A DNA stretch of 48,820 nucleotides, from NCBI GenBank assembly GCA_047623125.1, contig JBLHNV010000001.1:1-48820 (forward strand). Reading direction: 5' to 3'. The position numbers and the translations under genes were made by a program. Every line of letters begins with the position of its first letter. The stretch's first letter is position 1. The DNA comes from Janthinobacterium sp. (lineage in GTDB: Bacteria; Pseudomonadota; Gammaproteobacteria; Burkholderiales; Burkholderiaceae_D). The notes under the pieces were generated by a model. The model made no database searches and was not told the origin of the DNA. It worked only from the letters and a program-made list of their open reading frames with translations. Shown here one piece after another: positions 1 through 9,466 of the stretch.

Positions 1-1126
1 AGCGCTTGGCGTTTTTGTACGTGTACAGCGTCAGCGTGCCTTCCTTCATGTCGCCTTTGGCATCAAAAGCGATATTGCCCGTCACACCCTTGCGGTTGGT
101 CTTGGCCAGGAAAGGCAAATACTTGACTGGATCGGCCGAACCCGCTTTTTGCATCGCTTCGACCATCGTCATCACCGAGTCGTAGACATACGGTGCATAG
201 ATCTGCACATCGACGCCGAATTTCTTCTTGTAAGCGGCCTTGAAATTGTCCAGTCCCGATTTTTGGGATTCCTCGACGCCGCCCGCTTCGGCGCAGACGA
301 CCTGGCTGTCAGCCATCGCATCGCCAGCCAGTTGGGCCAGCGCTTCGGTGCAAATGCCGTCGCCGCCCATCAGTTTTGCATCGATGCCCAGTTGTTTCAT
401 CTGGCGCAGCATCGGGCCGGCCACTGCATCCATGCCGCCGAAGAAAATCACGTCCGGTTTTTTGGCCTTGATCGCGGTCAGAATCGCGCTGAAGTCGGTT
501 GCCTTGTCGGTCGTGTATTGGCGCGCGATGACTTCAGTACCGGCTTTTTTGCTTTTCACGCCCTTGATGAATTCTTCCGCCACGCCCTGGCCATAGGCCG
601 TGCGGTCGTCGATGACAGCCACTTTCTTGGCCTTGACGGTCTCTACTGCATAGCGGCCCAGCGTGCCACCGAGCTGGCCATCATTGGCGACCAGACGGAA
701 CGCGGTGTTGAAGCCTTGCTGAGTGTATTTCGGATTGGTCGCGGAAGGAGAAACCTGTGGAATGCCTGCCTCGTAGTAGATTTTCGAAGCCGGGATCGTG
801 GTGCCTGAATTCAAGTGACCAATCACGCCATTGACCTTGGCATCGACCAGTTTCTGCGCCACTGAAGTGGCTTGCTTCGGATCGGCTGCGTCGTCTTCGG
901 TCAGCAAGACCAGAGTGACCTTTTTGCCGCCAATCATCACGCCCTTGGCATTGAGTTCGTCGATCGCCATCTTGGCGCCGTTTTCATTGTCCTTGCCGAG
1001 GTGGGAAATCGCGCCGGAGATCGGGCCGACATGGCCGATCTTCACTATTTCTTGTGCGTTAGCTGTGGCGGCAAACGCGAAAGCGATGGCGCCGACGAGT
1101 GGAATGAGCTTGGTCTTGAACTGCAT
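1..1126 (-). CDS. livK: Branched-chain amino acid ABC transporter substrate-binding protein (LivK/LivJ family); 3' end runs off the window
   Basis: Manual translation from ATG at 1126: MQFKTKLIPLVGAIAFAFAATANAQEIVKIGHVGPISGAISHLGKDNENGA... Signal peptide, GHLNSGTTIP and ISPSATNP motifs, AGGAGA RBS upstream. Not in the ORF track because it is truncated. Confidence 0.9.
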   Translation of the reverse strand, partial: MQFKTKLIPLVGAIAFAFAATANAQEIVKIGHVGPISGAISHLGKDNENGAKMAIDELNAKGVMIGGKKVTLVLLTEDDAADPKQATSVAQKLVDAKVNGVIGHLNSGTTIPASKIYYEAGIPQVSPSATNPKYTQQGFNTAFRLVANDGQLGGTLGRYAVETVKAKKVAVIDDRTAYGQGVAEEFIKGVKSKKAGTEVIARQYTTDKATDFSAILTAIKAKKPDVIFFGGMDAVAGPMLRQMKQLGIDAKLMGGDGICTEALAQLAGDAMADSQVVCAEAGGVEESQKSGLDNFKAAYKKKFGVDVQIYAPYVYDSVMTMVEAMQKAGSADPVKYLPFLAKTNRKGVTGNIAFDAKGDMKEGTLTLYTYKNAKR

Positions 1127-1155
1127 TGCATCTTCTCCTGATGATTGAAAGAACC

Positions 1156-1175
1156 GCCCGCCTGAGATGGCGGGC
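1156..1175 (-). terminator. Stem-loop between porin and livK (partial terminator or mRNA-stabilising hairpin)
   Basis: GCCCGCC-N6-GGCGGGC, followed on the minus strand by GGTTCTTTC. Confidence 0.5.
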
Positions 1176-1196
1176 TTGAGCCTGCCAACAACTCTT

Positions 1197-2213
1197 TTAG
1201 AACTTGTGACGCACGCCCACGGTCAATGCGCTCGAATTATGGCCAGCGACTGGCTTGCTGCCGCCGCTCGATGCATCGCCAACAAAATTGGTGCCAGCGT
1301 CGTCATTGCTGATGTAGCCGTACGACGTGTAGACGCTGGTGCGCTTTGACAGCGGATGGCTGTAACCGATCGCCATTTGCTTGCCGCCTTTGGCACCGTT
1401 GGTACGGTCGTTCTTGTCGATGTAGGAGGCCATCAGGGTGCCGGTGCCCAGCGGTGCCGAAGCGCCGATCATGTAGTCGCGGAAGTCGGTCGCGAGGACA
1501 TCGCTTTTCTCTGTCTCATACGCGGCATGCAGCTTCACAGGACCGAAGTTGTAGGTGCCGCCAACCAGAATCAGTTTCAAGTCGGCGCTGCCAACGTCGG
1601 CAGTCGCATTGATTTTGTTATACCCAGCCATTAACACCACAGGGCCATTGGTATAGCCAGCCGAGGCGCCGATGGTGCGTCCGAGCGACGCGTCGCCCGC
1701 TTTTTCGCCTGCGCCGTACAGCGCGCTGCCGCTGAAGCCGTTCACGGTCGGTGTGGCATACACGATCGAGTTATTGGTGCGGACATTGCCAGCGGCCAGC
1801 AGGTTGCTCGAGGCGCCGGTCAAGCCGGTGTTGAACGGATCGATGGTATCCATGACCACGAAGAGCGGGTCGTACTGGCGTCCCAGGCTGACCGTGCCGA
1901 AGTTGCCGGACAAGCCGACATAAGCCTGGCGACCGAACAGCGCGCCTTGACGGCTGGTGCCGTCGTCGAGGTTGAAGCCGCTTTCGAGTTGGAAAATCGC
2001 CTTCAGGCCGGAGCCCAGGTCTTCCGTGCCCTTGAAGCCGAGGCGGTTGCCCTGTTGCACGCCAGTGGCCAATTTCGTGATGGAGCCATTGGCACCACCG
2101 CGTTCGGCGGTGATGCCGGCATCGACGAGGCCATACACGGTGACGGAAGACTGCGCGCTAGCTGCGCCTGCGAAGCTGGCCAGAACGGCAAGAGCGAGTA
2201 ATGATTTTTTCAC
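1197..2213 (-). CDS. Gram-negative trimeric porin (OmpC/Neisseria-type)
   Basis: GTG start after AAAGGA. MKKSLLALAVLASFAGAASAQSSVTVYG signal peptide, RLGFKGTEDLG motif, C-terminal VGVRHKF. Confidence 0.93.
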   Translation of the reverse strand: MKKSLLALAVLASFAGAASAQSSVTVYGLVDAGITAERGGANGSITKLATGVQQGNRLGFKGTEDLGSGLKAIFQLESGFNLDDGTSRQGALFGRQAYVGLSGNFGTVSLGRQYDPLFVVMDTIDPFNTGLTGASSNLLAAGNVRTNNSIVYATPTVNGFSGSALYGAGEKAGDASLGRTIGASAGYTNGPVVLMAGYNKINATADVGSADLKLILVGGTYNFGPVKLHAAYETEKSDVLATDFRDYMIGASAPLGTGTLMASYIDKNDRTNGAKGGKQMAIGYSHPLSKRTSVYTSYGYISNDDAGTNFVGDASSGGSKPVAGHNSSALTVGVRHKF

Positions 2214-2421
2214 GGGGACATCCTTTGGTTTATTTTTTTTCGCAATTTTCAATTGCCGAGTTGCGCAAGGCCGTGATTGTGGCATCTTGCATTTACTTGC
2301 TAATTAGTATTTAACAAGGTCTCCGTATTGAAACAAAAAAAGGGAAAAAAGAACATTAAATTCGATGAATATCCGGCTTTTACATGCCAAAAAGTGTTGT
2401 TTTTATGAGTGTTGCTCTTAT

Positions 2422-2438
2422 TGCACTAATACCATGCA
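2422..2438. promoter_or_regulatory. Possible NtrC-type enhancer site
   Basis: TGCACTAATACCATGCA resembles TGCAC-N7-GTGCA. Confidence 0.3.
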
Positions 2439-2464
2439 AATGCACCATTTTGCATTCCGAATTG

Positions 2465-2478
2465 GTGCGTTGCAGCAA
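2465..2478 (+). promoter_or_regulatory. PhaR-like box
   Basis: GTGCGTTGCAGCAA; 13/14 identical to the site upstream of the phasin gene (7460-7473). Confidence 0.45.
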
Positions 2479-2606
2479 GAATTATTGTTGCAGATAGTGC
2501 ATCTTTCATGCTTTAATAGCATCATTGTATCGATGTGCGAATTTTTTTGTGAGAATATTTGAGCGGCGGTATTATTCACAGAAGCAAGTGCGATTTTGCG
2601 TGATGT

Positions 2607-2623
2607 TTGGCGCATTCTTCGCT
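2607..2623 (+). promoter_or_regulatory. Possible sigma54 -24/-12 promoter for livHMGF
   Basis: TTGGCGCATTCTTCGCT with GG-N10-GC spacing; -12 element imperfect. Confidence 0.3.
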
Positions 2624-2799
2624 ATTATGTCGGCGATTTCAAAGATCTTTCTTGGCGGCAGCATGTCGCCAGCGCTTCTCCTGTCGAAATGAAATCAATG
2701 ACTTGCCGTTGGCTTACCCACGATTCTGCTGGGTCTGCATGGCAATTTTTAATGTTTGTTGTGCAACAAAAGTGAACTCATAAAAAAGGCAAGCAAACC

Positions 2800-3729
2800 A
2801 TGGATACATTTATCCAACAGATCATCAATGGCCTGGTGCTGGGCAGCATGTACGCGCTGGTCGCCCTTGGCTATACGATGGTGTATGGGGTATTGAATTT
2901 GATTAACTTTGCCCACGGCGACGTGCTGATGATCGGCGCCATGGCCGGGTTGACGATATTGAAAATTCTTAATTCGGTGGCGCCAGATTTGCCTGGTTAT
3001 GCCAAGCTGGGCATCGCGATTGCCGGTGCGATTCCTGTTTGCATGCTGGTGAATGTGATCATCGAGCGGGTCGCTTACCGCCGTTTACGCAACGCCCCGC
3101 GGCTGGCGCCATTGATCACCGCGATCGGCGTCTCAATCTTGCTGCAGACATTTGCGATGATGATCTGGGGCCGCAGTCCGCTGCCATTTCCGCAATTGCT
3201 GTCGTCGGAGCCGATCAAGATCGGCGGCGCGCTCATTTCCCAAACCCAGTTGCTGCTGCTGGTGCTGGCGGCGGTCTCGATGGTTGCGCTGGTGTTGCTG
3301 GTGGAAAAAACAAAAATGGGGCGCGCGATGCGCGCCACATCGGAAAATCCTCGCATCGCCGGCCTGATGGGCGTCGATTCGAACAAGGTCATCGTCGCCA
3401 CGTTCGCGATCGGCGCCGCGCTGGCCGCAGTGGCCGGCGTAATGTGGGGCGCAAATTACTCGTCGATCCAGTTTGCGATGGGTTTCACGCCCGGTTTGAA
3501 GGCATTCTCGGCAGCGGTGCTGGGCGGCATCGGTAATATTTACGGCGCGATGATCGGCGGCATTTTGCTCGGCATCATCGAAAGCCTGGGCGCAGGTTAT
3601 ATCGGCGATCTGACCGGCGGCTTTTTGGGCAGCCATTATCAGGATATCTTCGCTTTCGTGGTCCTCATCATTGTGCTCACGGTCCGGCCGTCCGGCATCA
3701 TGGGCGAACGCGTCGCCGATCGTGCTTAA
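2800..3729 (+). CDS. livH: Branched-chain amino acid ABC permease LivH
   Basis: GSMYALVALGYTMVYG...INFAHG signature; hydrophobic, 309 aa. Confidence 0.95.
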   Translation: MDTFIQQIINGLVLGSMYALVALGYTMVYGVLNLINFAHGDVLMIGAMAGLTILKILNSVAPDLPGYAKLGIAIAGAIPVCMLVNVIIERVAYRRLRNAPRLAPLITAIGVSILLQTFAMMIWGRSPLPFPQLLSSEPIKIGGALISQTQLLLLVLAAVSMVALVLLVEKTKMGRAMRATSENPRIAGLMGVDSNKVIVATFAIGAALAAVAGVMWGANYSSIQFAMGFTPGLKAFSAAVLGGIGNIYGAMIGGILLGIIESLGAGYIGDLTGGFLGSHYQDIFAFVVLIIVLTVRPSGIMGERVADRA

Positions 3730-3749
3730 ACCGCTGAACAGGAAAAAAC

Positions 3750-4970
3750 ATGGCTAGCTTCTTCGACTTCGACGTCAAAAATACCCCCGGCAAGGCTTAC
3801 AGCAGCATGGCGCTGATTCTTGCAGTTTTGCTCATCTTCCCATTTTTTGCCGCCCAGTTCGGCAATTCATGGGTGCGCATCATCGACATCGCGCTGCTGT
3901 ACATCATGCTGGCACTGGGCCTCAATATCGTGGTCGGCTTCGCCGGATTGCTCGATCTCGGTTACATTGCGTTTTACGCGGTAGGCGCTTACATGACGGC
4001 GCTGCTGGCGTCGCCGCAATTTGCCGCGCTGCTGGAATCGGTCCTTTACCAGTATCCGCTGTTCGGCGAATTCCTGGTCGGCGTAATGGGGCCGGAGATT
4101 GTCGCCAACGGCATCCACCTGTCGGTCTGGGTGATCGTGCCGCTGGCCGCTGCCGTGGCTGGCCTGTTCGGCGCCTTGCTGGGCGCGCCCACGCTGAAGT
4201 TGCGCGGCGATTATCTGGCCATCGTGACGCTGGGCTTCGGCGAAATCATCCGTATTTTCATGAATAACCTGAACGAGCCGATCAACTTTACGAACGGACC
4301 GCAAGGCATTAACCTGATTGACCCGATTCGCGTGTTTGGTGTTTCTCTTGGGGGCGAACCCGGTTCCAGGGCAACCGTGGTCTTGGGTGACTTCTCGATG
4401 CCGTCCGTGAACGCCTATTATTTCCTGTTCCTGTTCCTGTGCATTGCGATCGTGTTTGTCACGATCCGCTTACAGCATTCCCGTCTGGGCCGAGCCTGGG
4501 TGGCGATCCGCGAAGATGAAATCGCCGCCAAGGCGATGGGCATCAATACCCGCAATGTCAAGTTGCTGGCTTTTTCGATGGGTGCTTCGTTCGCCGGTGT
4601 CGCTGGCGCGATGTTTGCATCGTTCCAGGGCTTCGTGTCACCGGAATCATTTTCGTTGACCGAGTCGATCGCGGTGCTGGCGATGGTAGTGCTGGGCGGC
4701 ATCGGCCACGTGCCGGGCGTGATTATCGGCGGCCTGATCCTGGCCGCCTTGCCTGAAGTGTTGCGCCACGTGGTGGAGCCGGCACAACACGCGGTGTTTG
4801 GCCAGGTTCTCATCGAAGCGGAAGTGTTGCGCCAATTGTTGTATGGCCTGGCCATGGTGCTGATCATGTTGAACCGTCCCTCCGGTCTGTGGCCAGCGCC
4901 GAAGAGCGAAGACCGGCCCGATGCCGACATCGACAAGCCGGAACCGGCAACTGGCGTCATACCAGCATAG
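3750..4970 (+). CDS. livM: Branched-chain amino acid ABC permease LivM
   Basis: GLNIVVGFAGLLDLGY and LRGDYLAIVTLGFGEI motifs. Confidence 0.95.
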   Translation: MASFFDFDVKNTPGKAYSSMALILAVLLIFPFFAAQFGNSWVRIIDIALLYIMLALGLNIVVGFAGLLDLGYIAFYAVGAYMTALLASPQFAALLESVLYQYPLFGEFLVGVMGPEIVANGIHLSVWVIVPLAAAVAGLFGALLGAPTLKLRGDYLAIVTLGFGEIIRIFMNNLNEPINFTNGPQGINLIDPIRVFGVSLGGEPGSRATVVLGDFSMPSVNAYYFLFLFLCIAIVFVTIRLQHSRLGRAWVAIREDEIAAKAMGINTRNVKLLAFSMGASFAGVAGAMFASFQGFVSPESFSLTESIAVLAMVVLGGIGHVPGVIIGGLILAALPEVLRHVVEPAQHAVFGQVLIEAEVLRQLLYGLAMVLIMLNRPSGLWPAPKSEDRPDADIDKPEPATGVIPA

Positions 4971-4981
4971 GAGCAGAAAAA

Positions 4982-5752
4982 ATGAGCGAACAGATTATTC
5001 TCCGCATCGATGGCGTCAACAAGCGCTTCGGCGGCTTGCAGGCGCTGACCAATGTCGGCATCAAGATCACGAAGGGCCAGATCTATGGCTTGATCGGGCC
5101 CAACGGCGCCGGCAAGACGACATTTTTCAATGTCATCACCGGCTTGTACCAGCCCGATACCGGTACTTTTGAGCTGTCCGGCAAGCCGTATTCGCCATCG
5201 GCGCCGCATGAAGTGGCAAAGGCAGGCATCGCCCGCACGTTCCAGAATATCCGCTTGTTCGGCGAAATGACGGCGCTTGAAAACGTGATGGTCGGGCGCC
5301 ATGTGCGCTCGCACCAGGGCGTATTCGGCGCCATCTTCCGGCACAAGGCGGCGCGCATCGAAGAAGCGTCGATCCGCACGCGCGCGCTGGAATTGCTCGA
5401 TTTCGTCGGCATCGCCCAGTTTGCCAATCGCACGTCGCGTTTTCTGTCGTATGGCGATCAGCGCCGTCTCGAAATCGCCCGTGCGCTGGCCACCGACCCG
5501 CAATTGCTGGCGCTTGACGAACCTGCTGCCGGCATGAACGCGACTGAAAAACTGGCTCTGCGCGAGTTGCTGGTCAAGATCAAGGCGTCCGGCACCACGG
5601 TGCTTCTGATCGAGCACGACGTCAAACTGATGATGGGCTTGTGCGACCGGATCACGGTGCTGGAATATGGCAAGTCGATCGCCGAAGGCCTGCCGGTCGA
5701 CATACAAAAAAATAAAGCGGTGATTGAAGCTTACCTGGGAGGATCGCATTGA
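4982..5752 (+). CDS. livG: ABC ATPase LivG
   Basis: GGAG RBS then ATG at 4982; GPNGAGKTT, LSYGDQRRLEIARAL, LDEPAAG, EAYLG. Confidence 0.95.
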   Translation: MSEQIILRIDGVNKRFGGLQALTNVGIKITKGQIYGLIGPNGAGKTTFFNVITGLYQPDTGTFELSGKPYSPSAPHEVAKAGIARTFQNIRLFGEMTALENVMVGRHVRSHQGVFGAIFRHKAARIEEASIRTRALELLDFVGIAQFANRTSRFLSYGDQRRLEIARALATDPQLLALDEPAAGMNATEKLALRELLVKIKASGTTVLLIEHDVKLMMGLCDRITVLEYGKSIAEGLPVDIQKNKAVIEAYLGGSH

Positions 5753-6474
5753 TGAGTGAGCTTGTATTGAAGGTAGCGGGTTTGAAGGTTGCTTATGGCG
5801 GCATCAAGGCCGTCAAGGGCATCGATCTCGAAGTGCGGCAGGGCGAATTGATTGCGCTGATTGGCGCCAACGGCGCTGGCAAGACCACGACGTTGAAAGC
5901 GATCACTGGCACGCTGCCCGTGTGCAATGTCGAGGGTGATGTCACTTACATGGGGCAGTCGCTGAAAGGCTCGAAATCGTTCCATCTGGTCGAGAAACAT
6001 CTGGCGATGGTGCCCGAAGGGCGCGGCGTATTCACCCGTATGTCGATCCGTGAAAACCTGATGATGGGCGCCTACACCCGCGACGACAGCAGCGGCATCG
6101 AAGCCGACATCGCACGCTGGTTCGATGTATTTCCACGCCTGAAAGAGCGCGCAGCACAAATGGCGGGGACCTTGTCGGGTGGCGAGCAGCAGATGCTGGC
6201 GATGGCGCGGGCTTTGATGAGCCATCCGAAGCTGTTGCTGCTCGACGAACCGTCGATGGGTTTGTCGCCGATCATGGTGGAAAAGATTTTCGAAGTGATA
6301 CGCAATGTGTCGGCCGAAGGCGTGACGATCTTGCTGGTCGAGCAAAATGCGAAGCTGGCGCTGCAGGCGGCGGATCGGGGTTATGTGATGGATTCGGGCT
6401 TGATCACGATGACCGGCGCTGCCGCCGACATGCTCGATGACCCGCGCGTGAAAGCGGCTTATCTGGGCGAATAA
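5752..6474 (+). CDS. livF: ABC ATPase LivF
   Basis: TGATG coupling with livG; GANGAGKTT, LSGGEQQMLA, LDEPSMGL. Confidence 0.95.
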   Translation: MSELVLKVAGLKVAYGGIKAVKGIDLEVRQGELIALIGANGAGKTTTLKAITGTLPVCNVEGDVTYMGQSLKGSKSFHLVEKHLAMVPEGRGVFTRMSIRENLMMGAYTRDDSSGIEADIARWFDVFPRLKERAAQMAGTLSGGEQQMLAMARALMSHPKLLLLDEPSMGLSPIMVEKIFEVIRNVSAEGVTILLVEQNAKLALQAADRGYVMDSGLITMTGAAADMLDDPRVKAAYLGE

Positions 6475-6483
6475 GCTGCGAGC

Positions 6484-6554
6484 TCCGTTGCAGACGCTGC
6501 TGGCCTGGCTGAATCAGCCACGGTGTCCGTTGCAGACGCCGCTGGCCTGGGTGA
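6484..6554. repeat. 29-bp direct repeat, 42-bp period
   Basis: TCCGTTGCAGACGCTGCTGGCCTGGCTGA (6484-6512) and TCCGTTGCAGACGCCGCTGGCCTGGGTGA (6526-6554), 2 mismatches. Confidence 0.85.
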
Positions 6555-6583
6555 GCAAGGCAAGTGGTGCGCCTGGCCCGCAC

Positions 6584-6610
6584 AAAAAAAGGCCCCGCCA
6601 GAAGCGGGGC
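6584..6610 (-). terminator. Intrinsic terminator of phasin transcript
   Basis: GCCCCGC-N5-GCGGGGC stem followed by T7 on the minus strand. Confidence 0.85.
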
Positions 6611-6690
6611 ATGAACGGAATGGTCGGGGAGACGCGATTCCAGTTTGATTGAGCCGGTGTTGCCACCGGGTCAATCCGAACAGAGGTAAA
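6584..6690 (-). ncRNA. Candidate phasin 3'UTR-derived sRNA
   Basis: Three consecutive hairpins on the minus strand; the middle one exposes an anti-Shine-Dalgarno-like UCCCC loop. Confidence 0.35.
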
Positions 6691-6695
6691 TCAGA

Positions 6696-7262
6696 TTACT
6701 TCTTGCTCGCTTTTGGTGCTGTTTTTTCAGCGGCCTGGTTGAACTGGCTGACAGCCGACGCCATGTTGGTTTCGATGGTGTCGACAGCTTGCTTCGAGCT
6801 TTTCGTGAATTGCTCGTAACCAGCGTTGGCATTGTCGATGGCCGACTTCAGCATCGCGACAGCTTTTTCTGAACCGGCAGGGGCATTCTTGGTGACTTCG
6901 TCGACCAGCGAAAGGACTTTCTTGTTGGTTTCAGCGATTTGCGCTTCAGTCGTTTTGGTCATTTCAGCTTGTGCGCTGGATGCGATGGCTGCCAACTCGC
7001 GGGTGTAAGCGGTTGCTTTTTCAGCTGCAGGCTGGGCTTGTGCAGCGCTCAGTGCGAAAAATTCTTGTGCATCCTTGGCTGACAACAATTGCTTGGTCGA
7101 TGCCGAAGCTTCTTCCAGCGACGACTTGGCAGCGGTCAGGTTCAGCGCCATCAGTTTCTCAACGCCTTCAAACGCCTTGCCGGTCAATGTCGAGAAAGCA
7201 GCGAACTGTGCTTCGATGTTGGTTTTTGTCGCGGTCGAAAATTGCTCAGGAATCGAAAACAT
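6696..7262 (-). CDS. phaP: Phasin (PHA granule-associated protein, PhaP1-like)
   Basis: GGAGA RBS; MFSIPEQF...FEGVEKLMALNL...KNAPAGSE, Ala-rich, 188 aa. Confidence 0.92.
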   Translation of the reverse strand: MFSIPEQFSTATKTNIEAQFAAFSTLTGKAFEGVEKLMALNLTAAKSSLEEASASTKQLLSAKDAQEFFALSAAQAQPAAEKATAYTRELAAIASSAQAEMTKTTEAQIAETNKKVLSLVDEVTKNAPAGSEKAVAMLKSAIDNANAGYEQFTKSSKQAVDTIETNMASAVSQFNQAAEKTAPKASKK

Positions 7263-7402
7263 GTATTTCTCCAATGTTGTGATGGGGCTGATTGATTGAT
7301 GCTGCGCTTGTTGCTGCATTGAATGCGGGTAGTGGTAACGATGCTAATAATGGTGCGAATACGGATGCAATTGAATCGGTGCTTCTTGCTGAACGACGTA
7401 TT

Positions 7403-7473
7403 GTGCAATGCAACATAGGCTATTGTAGTGTGTTAAAAATTTAAGTCAAGCGGTTTTTTGTGCGTTGCAGCAT
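7403..7473 (-). promoter_or_regulatory. phaP sigma70 promoter flanked by two PhaR-like boxes
   Basis: -35 TTGACT (7449-7444), 16-nt spacer, -10 TACAAT (7427-7422). GTGCAATGCAACAT at 7403-7416 and GTGCGTTGCAGCAT at 7460-7473. Confidence 0.65.
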
Positions 7474-7685
7474 AAGTTGTGCATGTGTCCAAAGCGGATG
7501 GCAACCGTGCTCGCGCCCCGCTGCGGCAGGCGTTGATCTGGCCGCCGTCCTGGCCCGTCAGTCTGGTTCTAGCCGACGGTTAGTCGGTCTTCCGATGACG
7601 TCATCATGGTAGACTCCGCTTGCGGCAGTTTGCTCGCGCCGCCGGCTGCAGCAAGTATCGCACCACCTTCCCGAATCGATTCATC

Positions 7686-8603
7686 ATGTCTACATTGAGC
7701 TCAGTTGGCACCGGCATCAGCAAGACCGTTTCTGCCATCTCGGCGTTGCCCGGTGCCTTGCCCGGATTTTTCGTGCTGTTGTGGAGCACCGGATTCATCG
7801 CCGCCAAATTCGGTTTGCCTTATGCGCCACCGCTCACGTTCTTGTTGCTGCGCTTCGCCGGCGTGCTGTCCATCCTGTTGCCGCTGGTGTTATGGCTCAG
7901 GGCGCCCTGGCCTTACGGCAAGATATGGCATATCGGCATCGCCGGCCTATTGCTGCATGCCGGCTATTTAAGCGGCGTCTGGGTCGCGATCAAGCTCGGC
8001 ATGCCGGCCGGGCTGTCGGCGCTGATCGTGGGCATGCAACCGGTGCTCACCGCCTTTGCTGCACCATTGATCGGCGAAAAAGTGCGCCCGCGCCAGTGGC
8101 TGGGCTTGGTATTTGGCTTGCTTGGTGTGGGCCTGGTGGTGGCCGCCAAGATTCATCTGGTCGGACTCTCCACCGCCAGCATCTTGTTGTGCCTGTTTGC
8201 GCTGACCTCGATCACTGCCGGCACGTTGTATCAAAAGCACCATTGCGCGCGCTTTGACTTGCGTACTGGCACCGTGATTCAATTTGCCGCGTCGATCGTC
8301 ATCGTGCTGCCGCTGGCCATCATTTTCGAGGGATTCACGCCGGCCCTGACCCAGGTGCAATGGACCCCGCGCTTCATCGTGGCGCTATTGTGGTCCGTGT
8401 TCGGTTTATCGATAGGTGCCATTTTCTTGCTGTTTGCGCTGATCCGCACCAGCGACGCAACCAAAGTCACCAGCCTGTTGTACCTGACGCCGCCAACCAC
8501 GGCCGTGATGGCGTGGATGATGTTTGACGAATCGCTGAGTGCGCTGGGCCTTGCCGGCATGGTGGTGGCGGTGATGGGTGTGATATTCGTGATCAAAAAA
8601 TAA
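7686..8603 (+). CDS. DMT/EamA family transporter
   Basis: FVLLWSTGFIAAK...PLTFLLLRF; about 10 TM segments, two EamA repeats; start codon uncertain. Confidence 0.88.
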   Translation: MSTLSSVGTGISKTVSAISALPGALPGFFVLLWSTGFIAAKFGLPYAPPLTFLLLRFAGVLSILLPLVLWLRAPWPYGKIWHIGIAGLLLHAGYLSGVWVAIKLGMPAGLSALIVGMQPVLTAFAAPLIGEKVRPRQWLGLVFGLLGVGLVVAAKIHLVGLSTASILLCLFALTSITAGTLYQKHHCARFDLRTGTVIQFAASIVIVLPLAIIFEGFTPALTQVQWTPRFIVALLWSVFGLSIGAIFLLFALIRTSDATKVTSLLYLTPPTTAVMAWMMFDESLSALGLAGMVVAVMGVIFVIKK

Positions 8604-8627
8604 ATTCACAACACATTGGAACTGCAT

Positions 8628-9323
8628 ATGATTTCAAGCGAAGAGCAACACACTGTCGATGCGGCGATCACGTCGCGCCGCTCGACACGCGCATTTTTGC
8701 CGCAACCGGTGGCGCGCGACGATATCGAGCAAATTTTGCAGGTGGCGGGCAGGGCGCCTTCGGGCACCAATACCCAGCCTTGGAAAGTGTATGTGCTGAC
8801 CGGCGCTGTCAAGGAGCGCTTGTCACAGCAGATTCTGGCTGCGCACAACGATCCTGACGTATCGTGCCAGCACAAGCAAGAGTACGCTTATTACCCCAGT
8901 ACGTGGGTCTCGCCTTATATCGAGCGCCGCCGCAAGGTCGGCTGGGATTTGTATGCACTGCTCGGCTTGACGCGTGAAGACAAGGTCGGCATGCGTTTGC
9001 AACACGGTCGCAACTATCAGTTTTTCGATGCGCCGGTCGGCTTCATTTTCACGATCGAGCGCGTGATGGAGCAGGGATCCTGGCTCGATTATGGCATGTT
9101 CCTTCAGAGTATTATGGTGGCCGCGCGTGGTCGCGGGCTTGATACCTGTGCGCAAGCGGCGTTCACGCAATACCACAAGATCATCGCCGATGTGCTTCAA
9201 TTGCCGGCCGGCGAGACCGTCGTATGCGGCATGGCGCTCGGGTTTGCCGACCACAGTCAAATTGAAAACAGTTTGCAGACAGAGCGTGAAGGCTTGTCGA
9301 ATTTTGTTACATTCGTCGATTGA
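8628..9323 (+). CDS. Nitroreductase family protein
   Basis: SRRSTRAF, APSGTNTQPW, FFDAP, DYGMFLQ motifs. Confidence 0.9.
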   Translation: MISSEEQHTVDAAITSRRSTRAFLPQPVARDDIEQILQVAGRAPSGTNTQPWKVYVLTGAVKERLSQQILAAHNDPDVSCQHKQEYAYYPSTWVSPYIERRRKVGWDLYALLGLTREDKVGMRLQHGRNYQFFDAPVGFIFTIERVMEQGSWLDYGMFLQSIMVAARGRGLDTCAQAAFTQYHKIIADVLQLPAGETVVCGMALGFADHSQIENSLQTEREGLSNFVTFVD

Positions 9324-9466
9324 GCACAATCGGTCGTCCAATCTGCTCGGGCGGTGCTTGCGAGGTCGCAAAACACCGTCTTTTAGCTGTGAAATTCGCT
9401 TGCGCATGAGCGTCATTTTGCTACACTGCAACCGGGTATCCACTTTGTTTCACCGGGATTGATGGC

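Noticed and set aside
149-1148. Plus-strand ORFs at the window start
   Set aside because: Antisense to the truncated livK, which the ORF track misses.
6484-6554. Mini-CRISPR array
   Set aside because: Only two repeats, a 13-bp spacer and no cas genes.
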